From Octopus bimaculoides (lineage: Eukaryota), in the NCBI RefSeq assembly GCF_001194135.2, contig NC_068994.1, positions 17,463,484 through 17,527,483 of the forward strand: DNA of 64,000 nt. The letters run 5' to 3'. A program made the translations under genes and the position numbers. Positions 37,384 through 45,738 of the stretch are shown piece after piece. A model generated the notes under the pieces. The model ran no database searches and was not told the DNA's origin. It worked only from the letters and a program-made list of their open reading frames with translations. Within the stretch, counting starts at the first letter, position 1. The number at the start of each line of letters is the position of its first letter.

Positions 37384-40300
37384 CTGATTCAAGAGGTCAG
37401 TAAAGCTTAACAAATTGGTTTACAACATCTGCTCCAGTTAAGTTTAGAAGTTCTAAACTCGTCCCTTTTGCTGATGGCAAAAAGGCAAAATTTAACTCTT
37501 TTAGCATTTAAACTGGCCATATCAATATCACACCCAAATATTCTACTTATTTTATGTTCAAGACAACCAGAGCCAGCCTCTTACAGCTACCCTACAATGT
37601 CATTCTAAAAATAAACCATCACATCATCAAAGTCTTGAAGCTATGAGATCATGCATAATTAATTCAAAACAATATGCATAAATAAGCTTTACATTTGACA
37701 GAGTAATCTGAATGCTAAAGGGTAAACAATAAGTATTTATTTTTTAATTATTTTATTTCGTATTCTGCAAACTTAGTATATGCATTCTATAATTTACTTA
37801 GATGATTTCTTCCATAACAATGTTCCTAGTCTATATCCTGTATTCACCATCAAGAAGTATATTTCTGGTTGTTCTGTTAATTTTCTTTGATCTGCAAATA
37901 ACTCAGGTTTGTTGGATCTGCTGATAGCAACATATAATTGTCCATGTGTGAACACTGGAATCAGAAGGTACAATGCACTCCTCTTGAAACTTTGTCCTTG
38001 ACTCTTTTTTATCATCATAATTAAAGTATGCCTTAGAGGAAAATTGCATTTTTTCTTCTTCAGTAACTTGGTGTCAGATTGTTGAAGAGAAATCCAAAGA
38101 ATCATTTTCCTTTCATTGTAGAAGTGAATTCAATGAATAAATTGAATAAGTTCACTGTTTTCTATTTCATTTCTATAAGCAGCAAATTAGCTGAGTTTTT
38201 AGATTGTCAGTCATAATGCCATGCAGTATTTGTTCTGAGACTTTGTTCTCTAAGTTCAAACCTCTCTGAGGTCAATTGTTCCCTTTTATCCTTTTATAGT
38301 CAACTAGCAGAAATACCCGGCGTTGCCCGGGTTAAAGAGAATAATGAAATCTAAAAACGCCGTCTAGACTACGCATCATCTTTATATATAGAGATGTATA
38401 TACACACACGCACCCAAACACATGTATATATATGTATATCAATATAAATATATGAAAGTCAATGAAGTTTCGTAAAAGAAGGTGATCATGTACATACTTT
38501 CTTGCTGTTGTGATTATAACACCTCATTGTAAACTATGTTCCTTGTTTTCCCTTGTGGAGCATATACAAATAGGTTTTTTGTTGCTGCCCACTCTTGAGC
38601 AGCCAACATACAGTTNNNNNNNNNNNNNNNNNNNNNNNNNNNNNNNNNNNNNNNNNNNNNNNNNNNNNNNNNNNNNNNNNNNNNNNNNNNNNNNNNNNNN
38701 NNNNNNNNNNNNNNNNNNNNNNNNNNNNNNNNNNNNNNNNNNNNNNNNNNNNNNNNNNNNNNNNNNNNNNNNNNNNNNNNNNNNNNNNNNNNNNNNNNNN
38801 NNNNNNNNNNNNNNNNNNNNNNNNNNNNNNNNNNNNNNNNNNNNNNNNNNNNNNNNNNNNNNNNNNNNNNNNNNNNNNNNNNNNNNNNNNNNNNNNNNNN
38901 NNNNNNNNNNNNNNNNNNNNNNNNNNNNNNNNNNNNNNNNNNNNNNNNNNNNNNNNNNNNNNNNNNNNNNNNNNNNNNNNNNNNNNNNNNNNNNNNNNNN
39001 NNNNNNNNNNNNNNNNNNNNNNNNNNNNNNNNNNNNNNNNNNNNNNNNNNNNNNNNNNNNNNNNNNNNNNNNNNNNNNNNNNNNNNNNNNNNNNNNNNNN
39101 NNNNNNNNNNNNNNNNNNNNNNNNNNNNNNNNNNNNNNNNNNNNNNNNNNNNNNNNNNNNNNNNNNNNNNNNNNNNNNNNNNNNNNNNNNNNNNNNNNNN
39201 NNNNNNNNNNNNNNNNNNNNNNNNNNNNNNNNNNNNNNNNNNNNNNNNNNNNNNNNNNNNNNNNNNNNNNNNNNNNNNNNNNNNNNNNNNNNNNNNNNNN
39301 NNNNNNNNNNNNNNNNNNNNNNNNNNNNNNNNNNNNNNNNNNNNNNNNNNNNNNNNNNNNNNNNNNNNNNNNNNNNNNNNNNNNNNNNNNNNNNNNNNNN
39401 NNTTTCTCTCTTTCTCTCTCTGTGAAAGTATCTGTCACTACAGTATCGAAATGTGATTGTTTCAGTTAGTGGAATAGTTTCATTTTTAAAGTGAAAGTAT
39501 TTGACATGAGTGTTTTTGTTTCACTTTTGACACGTAATACTTAAATAGTGGAGGAGATATTATGTTGCCGTGTGCTCGAACTCTGCAAGAAGTTAATAAT
39601 TTTTTTTGACTAAAACACAACTGGAACCCTAAGTAAGGCATGTGTAAAATTTGAATGAAATTGGTTGCGTAGTTCTCGAGTTTTAGAGATTCACACAGAC
39701 AGACAGACACACATTCTCATTTTTATATATATAGATAAAAAGGCATCAATACAGAGTGGTGAATTGGCAGACATACCTTACAATATTTGTTCTGCATTTT
39801 TACCTTTTAAGTTCCTATCATAGCTATGTGAGTCATAGACTTATTCTGTCACCCAATCTAACACCACCACCTGGTTCTCAAGGTGGTGGTGTTATGGACA
39901 TTGCCTTTCGTTCTGACTAAATGATAAAAGAATAAATGAATTATTTGAAAATCAACATAATCTGAGCATGTGATGCATAGATAGACATGTGAGAAACATG
40001 GCTTTTGCTATGATATGGACTGTATGCTTGGTTTTCTTATGTAACAGTATGATGGCTCAAATACTGTCATCAATTCTTCAATGAGACCCAAGCAAACATA
40101 CTAAACTCAATCAATGTTCCTGTTTCACTAACTGGAAATAAATATTTTAGCTGACTGTTCAGACCACAGATCCTCCTATGAGCCTGAATAAAACAACCAG
40201 AAACCACATCAGTACGATACTTTTGTGAATCACTACATGAAGGGGTAGTTTTCAGTGGTGTCTTTTATGTCCCTATGGGTTACAAGGTATTAATTATCAT

Positions 40301-43300
40301 GTATGGTGACTTTCATTTCTGAAAATGACCAAAACAGAGTAACAGTCAAAATTTAATATTTAGTTTTTGTTCCTCTCTCTTCAATATCGAATTATATGCT
40401 GTCATTAAATTAAACTGAGATTAGTTCCACTGACTATACCACAAATCAGTTGATTTTGTTTATTAGAAAGAAATCAGTTGCTCCACTAATTAGCAGAATT
40501 AGTGGAGTTTCTAGTTAAATGCCTTGCAGTATTTAGTTGTTGTTTTTTTTTTTTTGTCCTTCTATACTCTAAAATATCACTAAGGTCAGTTTTGTCTTAC
40601 ATCTCTGGGGTTCATAAAATAGTACCAGTTATATACTAGGATCAATTCAATCAACTGTTCTCCTCCCTCACAGATTTGTTGCTTGTACCAAAGTGATATA
40701 AATCTTTATTTGTTAACCATTTTGTATTTTTCCATATTTTCTACAGGAAAAGGTTGCCAGAACAGCATGTATGTCTGCTTGCAAGCATATAGCTTGTAGC
40801 TTGATGGATTTTGTGATGGACAATGATGTCAAACAAGTTACAATGGGTGCTTTACAGCAATTTAATTTAGACCTGATTCAGTGTGAACGTGAGTAACCAT
40901 ATGTTTTTCGAAAACTTATTTTACTGTTCAGATCATCATCATCCTTTTTCCATACTGGCATAGATTGGATGGTTTGATAGGAGCTACCCAGGCTCCATTT
41001 GTCTGTTTTGGGATGGTTTCTACAGCTGGATGCCCTTCCTAACACCAACCACTTTACAGAGTGTACTGGGTGCTTTTACATGGTACCAGTACAGGTGCTT
41101 TTTACACGGCACCAGCACCCATGAGCCTGCAAGATTAGGAAGGCTCAGTTGAAGATGAATGCAGAGGACATGCCTATATGCAAGGACAACCATGATCTTA
41201 CTTAGCTTGATGTGTCTTCTCAAGTACAGCAAACTGTCAGGAGTCTCAGCCCCTTGTCAACCCTTCTCAAATGATAAACTAGATACAACCAACAACTTTC
41301 CAATGCCTTTATCATAGGTGTGTTTGATCAATCAGAGCTTACACCTTTTTTTATTAAACATCCTTATTTGTCACCATACCTATTCATCATCATCATCATC
41401 ATCATCATCTATGTCCTTCTTAAGCATCATAGAAATCTGCTCTTCACTCTGATGGAAAGGCTTTTTGTTACCAGCAGAGCTCCCTGAATATTTTTCCAGC
41501 CTGTTCTTACTCTGGCTACTATGCCTTTTTGGGAGCACCCATCCCCTTTGCTGAGTCACCTAAGTAGTAGAAACTAATGACTACTTCTAGAGTGCTATCT
41601 GGGCAATTGAGACCATTTGTTTCCTGGGTACTTTGTGCTTAATACACCTGTCACATACAAAGGCTAACTTTTTTGTTAGTTAGTCTATGATCTTGTGAAG
41701 GCACATGGCTCAGTGGTTAGGTTATTTGGCTCACAACCGAGTTCGATTCCTGGCAGCACATTGTGTCTTTGAGCAGGCTTTTTTATTTCACATTGTTTCA
41801 GTCCACTCGGCTGGCAAAATGGAGTTGTACATGTATTTCAAAGGGCCAACCTTGTTACACCCTGTGTCATGCTCAATCTCTCTGAGAACTACATTAAGGG
41901 TACACATGCCTGTGCAGTTAATTTCACGAGCAGGTTGTTCTGTTGATCAGATCATCTGGAACCCTCATCGTCATAGCTGACAGAGTGCCAGTTGCCTTTG
42001 ATCCCACTACATCTCTAGTGCATCCATTGTATAGAAATTAATGATGGTAAAAGAAATATAGTTGTTACAGACATTAGTAAATACCTTGACCCATGTTTAG
42101 CATGAAGGCATTCTTACTCAGATATTTGTCTGTTGTTCCATTCATCTTTTGGTTCAGAAGTTTCTTGGGAGTGTGCAATGACAAATCTCTCTCTCTGCCT
42201 GATATCCCAAAAACTCTGTACATTAGGGGTTTAGTTATTTCTTCAACATTCCTCTTACTGACAATTAATGACCTTCTTGCTGCTAGTTTTAACCATACAC
42301 ACACAATGAATGTGAGTGAGTGAGAGAGAGAGAGAGAGACACACATACACACGCGCGCACACACACACAATGTTCACTCTTCAGTTTTCTGCACTTAGCT
42401 ACTCTACTGACAATGTGGATACTTTTATGCCAGGCTTGTTCTGGTTCCATAAATTCTCATCTTGAAAACATCCTCCATTTTAGGGTCTTCACAAAGAATC
42501 CACCAGTACATCATCATCATCGTTTAACGTCCGCCCTCCATGCTAGCATGAGTTGGACGATTTGACTGAGGACTGGCAAGCCAGAAGGCTGCACCAGGCT
42601 CGAATCTGATCTGGCAGAGTTTCTACACCTAGATGCCCTTCCTAACGCCAACCACTCCGAGAGTGTAGTGGGTGCTTTTATGTGCCACCGGCACGAGGGC
42701 CAGNNNNNNNNNNGCCAACCACTCCGAGAGTGTAGTGGGTGCTTTTATGTGCCACCGGCACGAGGGCCAGTCACACGGTACTGGCAACGGCCACACTCAA
42801 AAAGGTGTTTTTTACGTGCCACCTGCACAGGAGCCAGTCCAGCGGCACTGGCAACGACTTCGCTCAAATGATTTTCTAATGTGCCACCAGTACAATTGCT
42901 AGAAGGCAACGCTGGTAATGATTACACTTTAATGGTGCTATTTACGGGCCACTAGCACGGAAGCCAGACAGCTGCTCTGGCAATGAAACACGCTCGACAG
43001 TGCTGTTAGTGCTCCACTGGTGCGGGGACCAGTCGAGTATGTTTCAATTACGATTTACATATTAAGAAAATAGTTTTACAATATTCTCTTTATATCATAT
43101 GTATGAACAACACATAGATAATACATTCAAAGTTACTACAAATTCTAACCCATGGAATTTCTGATGATCTCTTAAGGCTATTTCACATATCTGACATTGC
43201 TAAGTTATCTCCCAAGAACCAAACTTCTTGTTTAGCTGGAAAATACTAAAGCCTTAGTTAATGGCTGATCCTAGTCCCCTGTAAAACACAAATTAAACAC

Positions 43301-45686
43301 ATACAAGCATCCTAAACCACACAAACATTTTAAGAAAGGTATTTATTTCAATGCTTCACCTTTTCTGGCATTCATCTGCTTTAATATATAAAATGTTTTA
43401 AAATATGTTTCATTGTACTTTCAGAATTTGCTGCATCAGAACCAGTGTCTGGATTTAATGACGGGACGCTGCTGTTGGCTTTTGCTGATCTCAGGCAGGT
43501 AAGGTCATTGGCTTCTTGTTGGAACATTTATTTCAATATTTTACAGTTGATAATTTGTCACTGTCAATTATTGTTTGTATATGTGCTTCTATTTACTCTA
43601 CATATATAGGTTAATGTGTGTGTGGGTTTGCAGCCATATGATGGGGAAAACACAGATTCTTATCTGATCACCAAAAATAAGTAACATCAAGCCTAGTTTG
43701 TACTTGGAATATCAATATTTATGAAATACAATACATGACATACACTCGTTTCTAATCAATAAAACTGATCAAAAATCAAACGCCTTAATTAAATTAATAG
43801 ATAAATTCATCAAATAAGTAACCCAATTAACTAAAACAAAAGAAACAAAATACGAACATGCCCCTCATCACAAATTCAACATTAGGTCACAAAAATCAAT
43901 CAGTCAAGAAACAAAAACAACAGTCAATCAAGTACAAAAGACAACAGCCTTCATCACCATCGTCATCATCATCTTTAATGTCCATTTTCCAATCAGGCTC
44001 AAAAAAACAAACCAATGAACAGACACAAACAAGAGACTACATCCCGCACCAATGGCTATAAATAACAACAAGTTGTAATATTTCTTGCTTGAATATCATC
44101 AATAAACTAATATCTCCTCTACTGCAGCACACCTATTTCTGCCCTCATTCTTGGTTGCTCTCTCTCTCTCTCTTCCTCCCTCCCTTCTCTCTCTCCCTTC
44201 CTCTCCCCCCTCTCTTTCTATAGTGCATTGTTGTACCATTCAAAACTTTTTATTCTTTATATATATAATCTTTATACAACCCTTAAAATAGATAAATGTA
44301 CTTAAATTTCATGGCACAGCAGCTATCTGCTCTCTCAGAGAGCACAATTTAGCCTGTCATGGCCGTTTTTGTTTTGCCTGACAATTTGGATGCAAATCTG
44401 CATAACAGTACTAGAATGCAGATAGTTGTTGTTCAAGGAAATTTAAGCCGCACAATTTTGTATCTTCTACAAAAATCACCTCCAATTCTGCCAGTTGTTT
44501 TGAGTTCTTTCTGCTTGTTGATTATTCACCTTGAAACAGGTATAAGGGTTTGTGTGTACACTCAAAAAACAGACATGCACACACACACACACACACACAA
44601 TATGTGAGCTTTATCTTGCAATTTGTTTATTTCTCTATTTTCTAGCTTCTTGATCTGCTCCTGAACTGGGACTGGTCTGTTTATTTGGCTGATTATGGTC
44701 AACCAAAGTGTAAATATGTTCGCGTCAAACCTGTTGTAGCTATATCACTCTTAGAAAAGTAAGTGACTTGTTATTTTGCTATATTTTATTAGGTTTTTTA
44801 AAAATTTTATTGAAATGCTATTACTTTCCTTTACAACTATGATTTGACAGTAAATAATATACAGGTATTAGTGGCTAAGTGAATAATTATGTCTATAAGC
44901 CTTTTGGAATAAAGGTTCCTTATTTCAATTTAGTCTTGTACTATGTACATGTCTAGAAATAAAATACTCTTATGCTAATCAGAGATCGAACCAATAGAAA
45001 AATAGCAATGATGTTCATAGTGAAATTAATAGGGTAAAATTCCTCTCAGACATTTGAACTTTTAATGTTTTTTAATGGCTAAGAACTTCCCAGTTCTTCA
45101 CATGCATTCAAAAGTATTTGATTTCCTCTACTCAAGTTATAATGAAAATTGACTCAGAATTTCCTTCCCCTGAATATTTCCTTGTCAAACATTTAATGTC
45201 CAGTATTTCAAACTTTATATCAATTACGAGAATATTGTAGTTTGCTTGAAGCATTGTGTATTGTTTGTGAAATATAACGTGTCTTGAATGGCACAACAAT
45301 GCAGAGTGGACTATAATAACTGTTATAATTTAATTATCCATAGTCTGATATAATAATAATAATATTTCAGAATACAAAAATTCCTTCAGATATCACTAGG
45401 AATTGATTGAGTCACTGCTATAATTGGTTTTCCAACAAAACCGATTATAGCAGTGACTTGATCAATTCCTAGCAATATCTGAAGAAAGAATTTTTTGTAT
45501 TCCAAAATATTATTATTATATCAGACTATGAATAATTAAATTATAACAGTTATTATAGTCCACTCTGCAGTGTTGTGCCATTCAAGACACATTATACTTA
45601 TATTAATCATACCAATCTCATCTGTTTTCCTTTTATTCCGACCTTCCAAGCATACTTTATTATTCATACCACGAATGCTTCTTGGA

Positions 45687-45738
<52 letters not shown>

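Noticed and set aside
38510-39469. Long ORFs of 270-350 aa (also 17629-18080, 57872-58171, 61494-62555)
   Set aside because: Artefacts of N runs.
42648-42770. 57-bp tandem duplication around a 10-N gap
   Set aside because: Most likely a contig-overlap artefact.
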